Shown here: piece by piece, positions 29,764-41,339 of the stretch | How the letters are laid out: the number at the start of each line of letters is the position of its first letter | How positions within the stretch are numbered: the stretch's first letter is position 1 | Assembly (NCBI GenBank): GCA_951406725.2 | Contig: OX597814.1 | Span: 213,776,001-213,840,000, forward strand | Origin: Octopus vulgaris | Taxonomy: Eukaryota | Direction: 5' to 3' | Length of the DNA: 64,000 nucleotides | Position numbers and translations under genes: made by a program | Notes under the pieces: model-generated | Seen by the model: the letters and a program-made list of their open reading frames with translations, nothing else | Database searches by the model: none | Told to the model about the DNA's origin: nothing

Positions 29764-29795
29764 CTAGCTGAAATACCCGGTAATACCCGAGAGCG
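29764..29795 (-). mobile_element. Helitron-type 3' terminus
   Basis: Minus strand: GC-rich hairpin-like CTCGGGTATTACCGGG, then TATTTCAG-CTAG followed by T; 5' end not located. Confidence 0.45.
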
Positions 29796-30267
29796 GGGAT
29801 ATTCCCAGTACCCATTGCAATGCCTAATTTCTCTCAGACGGAAAATGAAATCCAGACATAAAACAGATAATAGAAGGCGTAAGCAAATTCATTCACGAAA
29901 CAATAATACAAACAAATACGTGTGGAACCGGAAAATGACAATCGTTTGGTTAGATGAGGGGAAAGCTGCAAATATATAATCAATGGGAACATCAAGAAGG
30001 AAATTGTAAAGGAGTGCTATGAAAAAACCCATAAAAGTTTGAAAAGTAACCAAAATGACATTTAAGGAAAAGGCACTTAATTTGACGACTGCTTCATGGG
30101 TTTAGTTTCACTAATCGTGAGAATCAAATATCGATTGCAACGGTTAGAACCGAGAATTGTATGTGCAGGTGTGAAGAAAATACATGTTAAATACATGTTA
30201 ATCAGTTAATCAAAAATTATCTTATGCTTTGCTTGAGTGGCTTAAGTAAAGATATGTGTATATTTTT

Positions 30268-30592
30268 TTAAAGACTCCGCCGGTTACGACGACGAGGGTC
30301 CCAGCTGATACGATCAACGGAACAGCTTGCTCGTGAAATTAACGTGCAAATGGCTGAGCATTCCACAGACACGTGTACCCTTAACGTAGTTCTCGGGGAT
30401 AACCAGCGTGACACAGAGAGTGACAAGGCTGACCCTTTGAAATACAAGTACAACTCATTTTTGCCAGCTGAGTGGACTGGAGCAACGTGAAATAAAGTGT
30501 CTTGCTCAAGGACACAACGCGTCGCCGGGAATCGAACTCACAGCCTTACGATCATGAGCCGAATGCCCTAACCACTAAGCCACGCGCCCTCA
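30268..30592 (-). mobile_element. tRNA-derived CORE-like SINE, family D (3' half shared with SINE-C)
   Basis: A/B boxes, GTGTCCTTGAGCAAGACACT core; TSD AAAGATATGTGTATAT at 30248-30263 and 30593-30608. Confidence 0.88.
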
Positions 30593-30679
30593 AAGATATG
30601 TGTATATAGTCAAGAGCAAAAGATAAGGAGTGAATAGAAAATGCTTGAGAAATAAAATGCATTTATTTAAAACCTGAAA

Positions 30680-31340
30680 CGCTGGGGAATTCTATCAACG
30701 GAGCTAGAGTTGTTGGTTAATATAAGATCCAAGATCGTTTTATTCTGTCTTGTTGGTTCGAGCACTAGCTGAGTCAAGAAGAATTTATCCATTAGATTAA
30801 AGAGTAATTCTGCTGCTGCTTTATCTGATGTATATCATTTGTCTAACTTCAGAGTATTTGTGGGCCAGTTTATATGAGGGAAGTTAAAATCACCCATCAC
30901 TAGTATGTTTCCGGAGTTGTATATTTGAAGGAAGGACTTGATTTTGTTGAGGCACTCTTCAATGCACTTTAGAGGTGCTTGGGGAGGCCTGTAAAGACCA
31001 ACAATGATTATGGTTTTGGCCTTGTTAAATAGTAATATACATTCACAATAGCTATTTGGAAAATATGTCCTTGGCGTCAACTGAAAAGGAGTCATGGAGA
31101 AAGATGATTGTCCCCACTTTATTTCGGTCGGTGCGATCTGCACGGACGATGGCGAAATCTTTTTTCATCTTTTTCATCTTTTTTCATCCATATGTGTGCT
31201 GTTTAGGTGAGTTTCAGTAAGGATAAAGAAAGGGAAGCAATGCGCCGTTTCGGCCAACTCTCTATAAATGAGATCTTCCAGTTTTGGGCAATGAGTAATG
31301 GGTTGATGCCACGTACATTTAACAGGAATGTGGGGGTAAG
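30680..31340 (-). pseudogene. CR1-like LINE ORF2, APE endonuclease domain (RT missing)
   Basis: LLNVRGI, ILTETHL, VGLYRPP, LVMGDFNFPHINW, QLVLEPTR..ILDLILTN, read across frameshifts and stops. Confidence 0.85.
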
Positions 31341-31531
31341 GGTAGTTTGATGTTTGCATTGTTCTAAGTTGTTTTATGTTGTCCAGAGGTAGCAATGCGG
31401 GTAGTTTTGTATGGAGCTGTGTGTGTATGGTTTTCTAGTTGGTGGTGGGTGGGTGTTCCTTGTGTTTTGCATAAATGGTTGTTGATAGCTCACTGGATCT
31501 CCTGACTTAGGTCGGCCTACACATTTTCTAG

Positions 31532-32594
31532 CTAAGATAGTAAAAAATAGTTGCCTCTTTGGTTTGCCACTTGTTCAGAGGATACATAGTTCATGTTTAT
31601 GTTATTTGGTGTTATGGTTTTTCCATAGTTCTGTCTTCTTTGTTTGGTTGTAGAAGGTAAAATGTAGTTGTATTTTGTTGTCGTAGGTCTCCTCTGTTGC
31701 TGTTTATATTTATTTTTCGATCGTTTTGTGCCCTTCAGACGGTGGCGCTTGCATTCTGGGTTCAAGTACATCCTTAGTGACACAGAGGTTTGGCACAGTT
31801 TAGGATGAAAGAAGGTGCATTCATTGCCTTTTGTACATCCATATTTAGGATCAGGACCATGGACCCTGTATTTAGGAGAGTATTTGGGGTGGAGGTGAGA
31901 GCAGTTTTTTCCCGTTATACCATATGGACAGGTGCCCTTTAAAAGTCTACGGCATAAGGTAGGATGGAAAAAAGCACAGCGTCCCTTGTTGTTAGTGCCA
32001 CTGGGCCCAAATCTACAGTTACCTTGAGAATAGTAACGACAGGGATATTGATGTGGGCATAGTAGAGGTTTTTCTATACCGGCAGGCTCATTGGTCAGTG
32101 GTCCTATTATAGTAGCAGTAGTAGACTGTTGTTGTTGTTATTGCTGCTGTAGCGGCAGTAAAACTTGACTTGAAACAGTAGGGCTTGGTGGAATTAGGTC
32201 AGATAGTGGTGCCAAACAAGGCGCTTCCAATGTAGTAGCAGTAGCAGGTTGTTGTTGTTGTGATAGTGAGTCCTAGCTTGCCACGATAGTGTTAGGTGGA
32301 ATTAGGTCAGATAGAGATATCAATGAGGATGTTGTTTGTTGCTGGTTAGCGGGTTGTTGAAGTGACCCCTGAGCTGTTGGCGTTGGGTCAGTTGGTGCAC
32401 TACATCCTAATCTGTTTTACAGATTTGTAAAAGGATTGTGACGCTAATTTTTCAGCGATTTTACCGTAGACATTAGCTTTTACACAATCGTCATTGTGAG
32501 TGTACCAAGCGTTTATCAGTGCACTGATTTCGTTTTCTACCCAGTGGCGTTTTGGAATATCATTGGCCATATTCAGTGGGACAGTATCATGCAC
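31532..32594 (-). pseudogene. LINE ORF1 relic: Myb/SANT-like trihelix + P/Q/T/S linker + 4 CCCH zinc fingers
   Basis: 32594-32400 WVENEISALINAW..VYGKIAEKL..FYKSVKQIRM; open frame 32137-31532 contains CRYYSQGNCRFG..CAFFH, CRRLLKGTCPYG..CSHLH, ..GCTKGNECTFFH, CQTS..ECKRH. Confidence 0.7.
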
Positions 32595-33000
32595 TGTACG
32601 TCAGTTATTGATGACTTGATGTATAATAGTGAATACACCGTTGAAAAGTTTGTGTCGATATATTCGGAAATGTGTGACTGTATCTGGGTGTGTATGAGAG
32701 AGTTCAGTGTCTTTAGTGCAAGTCAAAATGAGCGGTGTGTTTAATACAAATCAAGAGGAAAGAATTGTACTCACGGGACTAGTTTTAGAACTAATCTTGG
32801 GTTTAGTTTTGGTTTATATTTGCTTCTCCGGGTTCTATATAAATTTGTGTAAATTTATCCTCCGATGATAGTAAAATATTAGAATAGTATAATTCAAGGG
32901 TTTCGGGACTAAAAACAAGGAAAGTTACTGCTATAGCTATGATTGATCGCTAGCCACTAAACCTTTTTATTTTCTCTCTCTCTACTTATTTCTGTGTTCC

Positions 33001-33034
33001 TTTCTGTTGTAAAGCGTAGGCTCGAAACGTAAAA
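33001..33034 (+). ncRNA. Degenerate minimal hammerhead-like motif
   Basis: TTT-CTGTTGT-A-AAGC(GTAG)GCTC-GAAAC-GT-A-AAA; core mutated. Confidence 0.35.
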
Positions 33035-33515
33035 AACTTTCTCAATTCTCGAGCGTTAAACTACTACATCTGATTGTTGCTTACACACCCATCTTCGTCT
33101 TTTGTTTTGTTTTTTGTAAATTCCAACTATATATATATATATATATAAATTAATAAATAAATAAAACATATGCATATATACATACATATATGTACGTACC
33201 TACCTCTACATGTATATATATACATGCATATATGGGTACAGGACACCAAAAAAACGTCGAACACAATGAGAAACGAAAACATAAACACAAAAGCAAGGAA
33301 ATAGACATTTTTCTTAAACAACGAAAAAATAGAGTACAGGACATACAAAACAAGGAAAATTCCCCTTCTTCAGTCGCCTTTGTTTCATCTACTCCACGTT
33401 TCGAAGGTCACATGCATACATACATACATACATACATACATACATACATACATACATACATACATACATACATACATACATACATACATACATACATACA
33501 TACATACATACCTAC

Positions 33516-33547
<32 letters not shown>

Positions 33548-33549
33548 AT

Positions 33550-33680
33550 AGGCGTGGCTTCCCAACCACATGGTTCTGGGTTCAGTCTTACTGCGTGGCA
33601 CCTTGGTTTTCTACTATAGCCTCGAACCGACCAAAGCCTTGTGAATGGATTTGGTACATGAAAACTGAAAGAAACCCGTC

Positions 33681-33720
<40 letters not shown>

Positions 33721-33973
33721 GTATGTATGTATGTATGTATGTAATTATGTATATATTTGTGTGTCTGTGTTTGTCCCTCTCCATTGCTTGACAACCGATG
33801 TTGTTCCGTTTACGTCCACGTAATCTAGTGGTTCGGCAAAAGTGATCAATAGAATAAGTACTAGGCTTACAAAGAATAAATCCTGGTGTCGATTTGTTCA
33901 ACTAAAGGCGGTGCTCCAGCATGGCCGCACTCAAATGACTGAAACAAGTAAAAGGATAAAAGAATAAAAGAAT
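33550..33973 (+). mobile_element. SINE-B, diverged
   Basis: Family match. Confidence 0.85.
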
Positions 33974-34592
33974 ATATATATGTATGCATGTATGTATGTA
34001 TTTATGTATGTATATGATTTAAAACTATATTATATACATGTGTGTGTTTGCGCGCGTGTGTGTGTGTGCGTGTGTGTGTGGCAAAATATTTACCACACGC
34101 ATTCATTATCAACATATTTTCTCTTTAGTTTCGCCAACCCCTGCTGGATGTGTGCGAGTATGTGTATGCATGCGGGCTTATTAATATGTGCATGCATATG
34201 TGTATATTAATATGTGTATGTGTGTGTTTATGTGTACTCGTAAGCGTGTGAAACTATGCTAAAACAAGTGTCAGGCAGGGAAATAGCGGAGTGTAGAATT
34301 TTAGTTATTCTCTCAATTTCCTAAGAAATTGCATAACATTGTTCACCGTCGACATCAACAGCAACAACAATAGTATTTACAGTAAAAGATTAAAGAGACT
34401 AACAGCTGTATGTAGCTTTATAGCATTTCAGTATATTTTCTTTTGTATTCTCTAAGTCCCCTGCATTTCTGTCTGTGTTACAAGATTTCCTTCATTTTTT
34501 CGTTTTTTTTTTCTTTCGGTATTTTTTTCCTTTGTGTACTTTTTATTCATGTGAACATCTTACTGATGAGCTATTTCACTGTGTCTATGTAA

Positions 34593-34823
34593 GGCGGCGA
34601 GGCTGGCAGAATCGTTAGCACGCCGGGCGAAATGCTTCGCAGTATTTCGACTGTCGTTACGTTCCGAGTTCAAGTTCCGCCGAGGTCGACTTTGCCTTTC
34701 ATCCTTTCGGAGTCGATAAATTAAGTACCAGTTACGCACTGGGGTCGATGTAATCGACTTAATCCCATTGTCTGTCCTTGTTTGTCCCCTCTATGTTTAG
34801 CCCCTTGTGGGTAGTAAAGAAAT
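34593..34823 (+). mobile_element. SINE-A
   Basis: Family match, TSD-flanked. Confidence 0.9.
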
Positions 34824-34845
34824 TTATTTAACTGTGTCTATGTAA

Positions 34846-35065
34846 GGCGGCGAGCTGGCAGAATCGTTAGCACGCCGGGCGAAATGCTTAGCAGTATTTC
34901 GTCTGCCGTTACGTTCTGAGTTCAAATTCCGCCGAGGTCGACGTTACCTTTCATCCTTTCTCGATCGATAAATTAAGTACCAGTTGCGTACTGGGGGTCG
35001 ATCTAATCGCCTGCCCTCCCCCCCTCTTCCCCCAAATTTCAGGTCTTGTGCCTACAGCAGAAAGG
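34846..35065 (+). mobile_element. SINE-A head with alternative tail (A')
   Basis: Same head and body; tail CCCCAAATTTCAGGTCTTGTGCCTACAGCAGAAAGG. Confidence 0.88.
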
Positions 35066-35099
35066 ATTTAACTGTGTCTATGTATTTATACTTTTTACC

Positions 35100-35480
35100 G
35101 TGGAGGTAGAATGGTCCAGTGGTTTGGGCAACGGACTCGCGGTCATAGGATCGCGGTTTCGATTCCCAGACTGGGCATTGTGAGTGTTTATTGAGCGAAA
35201 ACACTTAAAGTCCCACGTGGCTCCGGCAGGGGGTGGTGGAGAACCCTGCTATACCCTTTACCCACAACTTTCTTTCATTCTTTCTTCCTGTTTCTGTTGT
35301 ACCTGTATTTCAAAGAGCCAGCCTTGTCACACTCTGTATCACGCTGAATCTCCCCGAGAACTACGTTAAGGGTACACGTGTCTGTGGAGTGCTCAGCCAC
35401 TTGCACGTTAATTTCACAAGCAGGCCGTTCCATTGTTTGGATCAACTGAAATCCTCGTCGTCGTAACCGACGGAGTGCCG
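35100..35480 (+). mobile_element. SINE-C
   Basis: Family match; TSD TAT(A/G)CTTTTTACC at 35087 and 35484. Confidence 0.88.
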
Positions 35481-36190
35481 TAGTATGCTTTTTACCTCTT
35501 TTATCTCTCTGGCTCTATATCTGTCTGTTTCTGCTTCACTTAACATGGTTCTACTTTCTCACTTCTCTTAGAATAAATCTAATTGTTCATGAAACATAAA
35601 TATTTCTTATAGACAACATGTTGCAAATTTCTAAAAACATTTCTGTGTGAATGCTACCCTGAATTTTCTGGTTATATACTCAATTAAATATGTCGTCTCC
35701 TAAGGCATTGCCCTTTTTTTTTTTTTACGTATCTATTTCCTTCCACGTAGCTTATCTTAGAAAATTCTTATGAATCTTGGCACAGAAGTGGCAGTGTGGA
35801 AAGAAGCTTGCTTCATTTGTGTGTGTCTGTGTCTGTCCCCATTCCATCGCGTTGACAACTGATGTCGGTGTTTTTACGTCCACGTAACATAGCGGTTCGG
35901 CAAAAGAGCCCGATAGAATATTACTAGGCTTACAAAGAATAAGCTCTGGGGTCGATTTGTTCGACTAAAGGCGGTGCTCCAGCGTGGCTGCAGCCAAATG
36001 ATGAAAACAAGTAAAAGAATAAAAGAATATATTTAAAATCTTGAAGCCTTGTCACTTTTACACTGTTTTATCAACCCAAAACTTCCTACTTCTAAATATT
36101 GTATACACCCGACTATTTCGGGTGTTATGCTTCAATTTCCCGCGCGAAAGGTGACAATCTGCGAAGGAGAAAATGTATTTTCTTTTTTAT

Positions 36191-37536
36191 GGCGGCGAGC
36201 TGGCAGAATCGTTAGCACGCCGGGCGAAATGCTCAGCAGTATTTCGCCTACCGCTACGTTCTGAGTTCAAATTCCGCCGAGATCGACTTTGCCTTTCATC
36301 CTTTCGGGGTCGATAAATCAAGTACCAAACCAGTTACGCACTGGGGTCGATATCATCGACTTAATCCGTTTGCCTGTCCTTGTTTGTCCTCTCTGTGTTT
36401 AGCTCCTTGTGGGTAGTAAAGAAATAGGTATTTCGTCTGCCGCTACGTTCTGAGTTCAAATTCCGCCGAGATCGACTTTGCCTTTCATCCTTTCGGGGTC
36501 GATAAATTAAGTACCAGTTACGCACTGGGATCGATATAATCGACTTAATCCGTTTGTCTGTCCTTGTTTGTCCCCTCTGTGTTTATACCCTTGTGGGTAG
36601 TAAAGGAATAAGTATTTCGTCTGCCGTTACGTTCTGAGTTCAAATTCTGCCGATGTCGACTTTGCCTTTCATCCTTTCGGGGTCGATAAATCAAGTACCA
36701 AACCAGTTACGCACTGGGATCGATATCATCGACTTAATCCGTTTGTCTGTCCTTGTTTGTCCCCTCTGTGTTTAGCCCCTTGTGGGTAGTAAAGGAATAA
36801 GTATTTCGTCTGCCGTTACGTTCTGAGTTCAAATTCCGCCGAGATCGACTTTACCTTTCATCCTTTCGGGTTCGATAAATTAAGTACCAGTTACGCACTG
36901 GGGTAGATGTAATCGACTTAATCCGTTTGTCTGTCCTTGTTTGTCCTCTCTGTGTTTAGCCCCTTGTGGGTAGTATAGGAATAAGTATTTCGTCTGCCGT
37001 TACGTTCTGCGTTCAAATTCCGCCAAGGTCGACTTTGCCTTTCATCCTTTCGGGGTCGATAAATTAAGTACCAGTTACGCACTGGGGTCGATGTAATCGA
37101 CTTAATCCCTTTGTCTATCCTTGTTTGTCCTCTCTGTGTTTAGCCCCTTGTGGGTAGTAAAGAAATAGGTATTTCATCTGCCGCTACGTTCTGAGTTCAA
37201 ATTTCGCCGAGGTCGACTTTGCCTTTCATCCTTTCGGGGTCGATAAATCAAGTACCAGTTGCGCACTGGGGTAGATGTAATCGACTTAATCCGTTTGTCT
37301 GTCCTTGTTTGTCCTCTCTGTGTTTAGCTCCTTGTGGGTAGTAAAGAAATAGGTATTTCGTCTGCCGCTACGTTCTGAGTTCAAATTCCGCCGAGGTCGA
37401 CTTTGCCTTTCATCCTTTCGGGGTCGATAAATTAAGTACCAGTTACGCACTGGAGTCGATATAATCGACTTAATCCGTTTGTCTGTCCTTGTTTGTCCCC
37501 TCTATGTGTAGCGCCTTGTGGGTAATAAAGAAATAA
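36191..37536 (+). repeat. SINE-A head followed by 7 tandem ~184-bp SINE-A body/tail units
   Basis: Units start at about 36239, 36428, 36612, 36801, 36985, 37169 and 37353. Confidence 0.92.
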
Positions 37537-37636
37537 GAAACTGTATTTTTTTTATTATTTTTATAATTTGTATATATTTATATTATTATGAATGCCAAAC
37601 ACCACCACAGAGGAATCGACGTAAGCTTAAATAATA

Positions 37637-37717
37637 AACCGCGATAGGGGAACCGCGATAGGGGAACCGCGATAGGGGAACCGCGATAGGGGAACCGCGA
37701 TAGGGGAACCGCGATAT
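37637..37717. repeat. 14-bp tandem AACCGCGATAGGGG, 5 copies plus a partial
   Basis: Direct reading; abuts the MITE TIR. Confidence 0.92.
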
Positions 37718-37785
37718 GGCGAGGGATTACTGTATTATGAAATAATTTACTATTCGACGGTTGGGGCTAAAACTTTTATTTATAT

Positions 37786-38200
37786 ACTCTCTCTTTTACT
37801 CTTTTACTTTTTTACTTGTTTTAGTCATTTGACTGCGGCCATGCTGGAGCACCGCCTTTCATCGAGCAACTCGAGTCCGGGACTTATTCTTTGTAAGCCC
37901 AGTACTTATTCTATCGGTCTCTTTTGCCGAACGGCTATGTGACGGGGACATAAACACACCAGCATCGGTCGTCAAGCAATGCTAGGGGGACAAACGCAAA
38001 CATACACGCACACACACATATCTACATATATATACATATATACGACGGGCTTCTTTCAGTTTCCGTCTACCAAATCCACTCACAAGGCATTGGTCGGCCC
38101 GGGGCTATAGTAGAAGACACTTGCCCAAGGTGCCACGCAGTGGGACTGAACCCGGAACCATGTGGTTGGTTAGCAAGCTACTTACCACACAGCCACTCCT
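37786..38200 (-). mobile_element. SINE-B
   Basis: Family match. Confidence 0.9.
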
Positions 38201-38752
38201 ATATTCATTAATGCATTCATTCCTTCATAATTAATAAACAAAAGGTACGCTGAAAGTAATAAAGTAACTAATTTCAATATACAAAGTCAGTCATTTAATC
38301 CAAGCAATTCATTTGCGATCAGTATTCCACGCTCATAATGGTTAGACAATAGGGTAAGATGCAGATTACCATAACAACAGAACTGTATGATTAATAAGTG
38401 TTTCGCAAGATGAATTTATTGAAATACTATGCGCGCCTTTATTATAGTCCTTATCGGAAAGCTTATAATAATCTCCATTTATCTAATTCGTGTATTGGTA
38501 TGATGATAGCGCTAATACTATAGTTAAAATCACGTTAAAGGTTTCGAGTACATGTCTCCTATAAAATCAACCTAGATGATGGAGTAACAATATCATAAAA
38601 TATAGATTCCGACAGAGTTTTAAAAGAGTTGAAAATTACTAGTCTATAAAAATTGTGAGTTAATAAAAAAATTTTCATTTCCGTTCAGTTCGTCGGCACT
38701 AATGTTTTATCTGTTTCGTTTTGACCTACTCTTATTTCAAATTTAATTTCTG

Positions 38753-38829
<77 letters not shown>

Positions 38830-39081
38830 CGCTCGCTCGCTCGTTCGCTCTCCCTGACTTTCTGTTAATGATTATAATCTTATTTAATAATCATGATTAA
38901 TGTAGCAGTAATAGAATGAGATTACTGCGCATTCACTCCTAAATTTTCATAGTCGCTTTTTTGCAAGATAACAACGACGGCATAGCCAAATATATGAGTG
39001 CGTGCGGGCGTATGTGTGTGTGCGCGTTTATGTTGTGTGTGTGTGTGCAGTTAGATAGATTGTTGCTAAATATATAGATAA

Positions 39082-39285
39082 GTTTCTTTATTGGCCACAC
39101 AGGGCTGCACACAGATGGGACAAGTTACAAGGTAGAGCTTTTCTTTTGGGGGATGAAAAAAAAACAAAAAACAAAAGAAACAAAAAAAAATGGGGTGGCG
39201 TAGGTTTTCGATCAAGAGGGATCGTAAAAGGGAAGAAAAAAAAAGAAAAAAAAAAGAAAAAGAAAAAAAAGAAAAGGAAAATGGA
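39082..39285 (-). mobile_element. L1/Tx1-like LINE 3' UTR fragment in (GATA)n
   Basis: Homologous to the 3' part of 53364-53822; minus-strand end GCCAATAAAGAAAC. Confidence 0.6.
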
Positions 39286-39305
39286 ATAGATAGATAGATA
39301 GATAT

Positions 39306-39389
<84 letters not shown>

Positions 39390-40085
39390 ACGCCAAGTTC
39401 AATATTCTCAAAGCTGACTTGATTAGAGTGATGAGGAATGTGTCTCGCATGTGCGCCCTTATGGAATTGGAGAGACATACACTTCATGCACTGCATGCAG
39501 TTCTCTGGCTACAACCAAAGGGACAGAATTAGAGTGAACAAAGGAGCCATGGTTAAGTACAAATCCATCATAGAGACTGGTGCAAAGAGAATCTGCCGCA
39601 ATACAAGAGTAAATCCTGGAACAGCAAAGAAAGGACCAGAAAAATGATAGATAAGGCCAATTCATGGTATGACAACAAAAATACCAGAGTGACATGTTCA
39701 TTGATGACACCCCTGGCGGCGAACTAGCATACGTTTTTAGAAAAACATTAGATAAGGCCAAACTACGGATTAAAGTGGTAGAAAGGCCTATTGCCTCTAT
39801 AAGATGCCTGATCTGTAGAACTTATCCTTTCGATAGATCCCCTTGTACGGAGAACAATTGTATTGTATGTAAGATGAACCCACAGGTTAACTGTAAGGTT
39901 AGGAATATAGTGTATAGCATACGATCTACTGAGGGATGGTGCAAAAGCATAACAACTGCTTACATTGGAGAGACAGCATGCAGCATAGGAGAGCGTATAT
40001 GTGAACACTGGCGAGAGCTCAAACAAGGGAAAGGCTCATCAGTGCTCTACCAACATGTTCAAGCAGAACATGCGTGTGAGCGAAT
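39390..40085 (+). pseudogene. Penelope-like element thumb + GIY-YIG endonuclease fragment
   Basis: ORF 39694-40095: C..C..C linker, NIVYSI...YIGET..SIGERICEH. Confidence 0.8.
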
Positions 40086-40141
40086 GTATGTGTAAGTGTG
40101 TGCATGTATGTATATAAGTATGCATATATGTATTCATGTGT

Positions 40142-40192
<51 letters not shown>

Positions 40193-40198
40193 CACACA

Positions 40199-41330
40199 CA
40201 CGATGGACGGCTGAAAAGTTCATAGGATGACCGAGATATTTTCCATATTGTGACCAAATGAGGTTTATCTTTCAACATAGTCCCCTTTGCGGTCCATGAA
40301 CTTCTTCCATCGGTGTTGCAGTGCTTAGATCTCAACAGTGAAGAGGCTTTCATCCTGTCAGTCAAAAAAGTCATCAACAGCAGATCTGACGTCATCATCA
40401 CTGCGATACTGGTTACGAGCCAAGTGTTTTTTTTTTCATGCTGAGGAACAGATGATAATCAGATAGGGCCAGATCAGGAGAACTAGGAGGGTGATCTACC
40501 AATTCAAAACTACACTTACACACAGCAGCGATTGAAACCAAGGCTTTGTGTGCTGGAATATTGTCCTGATGAAACAAAACTCCATTCATCAGTTTTGATA
40601 GCCTTTGGTAAGTGCCTCAGCAAGTTGGTATGGTACTCTCTATTGATGGTGTGATCCTTTTGAAGAAAGTCAAAAAACACAATACCTTTTGCATTCCCAA
40701 AACACTAAGGCCACCACCTTCCCTACAAATGAAACGATTTTGTCCTTCTTTGGAGCATGTGAGCAGGGGTGCTTTCACTACATAGATTGTCTCTTTGTCT
40801 TTGGTTCAAAGCAATGAACCCAACACTCATCCTGCGTTAAAAGAATGTTCTAAGAAACCAGCTAGAACTGCCTTAAACGATGTCAGATTTTTGCCATAAT
40901 GTGTTCAGCCTACTACGCCTTCGATCAGGTGTCTGGAACATGGCACCCACCTAGCAGAAGTGTTCGTAATTCCAAGTCCATAGGGGCACAATATTCTCAA
41001 GTCTCTCACGGATTATACTAATATTATTGACTATTTCATTTATAGCCAATCGCCTGTTATCCATCATTATATGATGAACTCGATCACTGTTTTCCTCTGT
41101 GTAGCATTTGAGGTACGTCCAGACATTAGGTCATCTTCAAAATTCTCTCTTCCCCCTCCTAAATTCAGCCTCATTCTTTTGCACTGTTCATAAAGCTGTA
41201 GTGTCACCCCCTAATGTAGCTATCATATCAGCATGAATGTTGTTGGGATTTAAATATTTTATCTGCTGGTACTTTATAACAGCATGATGCCAAATTTCGT
41301 TCATTATCAAGAAAAATCGCTACTAGTTAG
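40199..41330 (-). mobile_element. mariner transposon relic
   Basis: Minus-strand WVP, QDECWVH, HQDNIPAH, SPDLALSDY; TIR-like CGATGGACGGCTGAAAAGTTCATAG at the left end. Confidence 0.8.
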
Positions 41331-41339
41331 ATTTGAGGT

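Larger units (their letters stand above)
36099..37732. mobile_element. Second pogo/Tigger-like MITE copy, split by the SINE-A array
   Basis: 36099-36185 and 37540-37732 match the reverse complement of parts of 19724-20210; right TIR GCGAGGGATTACTG-TA. Confidence 0.7.

Noticed and set aside
36191-37536. CRISPR-like appearance of the regular repeats (also 10719-10852)
   Set aside because: No unique spacers, no cas genes, eukaryotic context; plain tandem repeats
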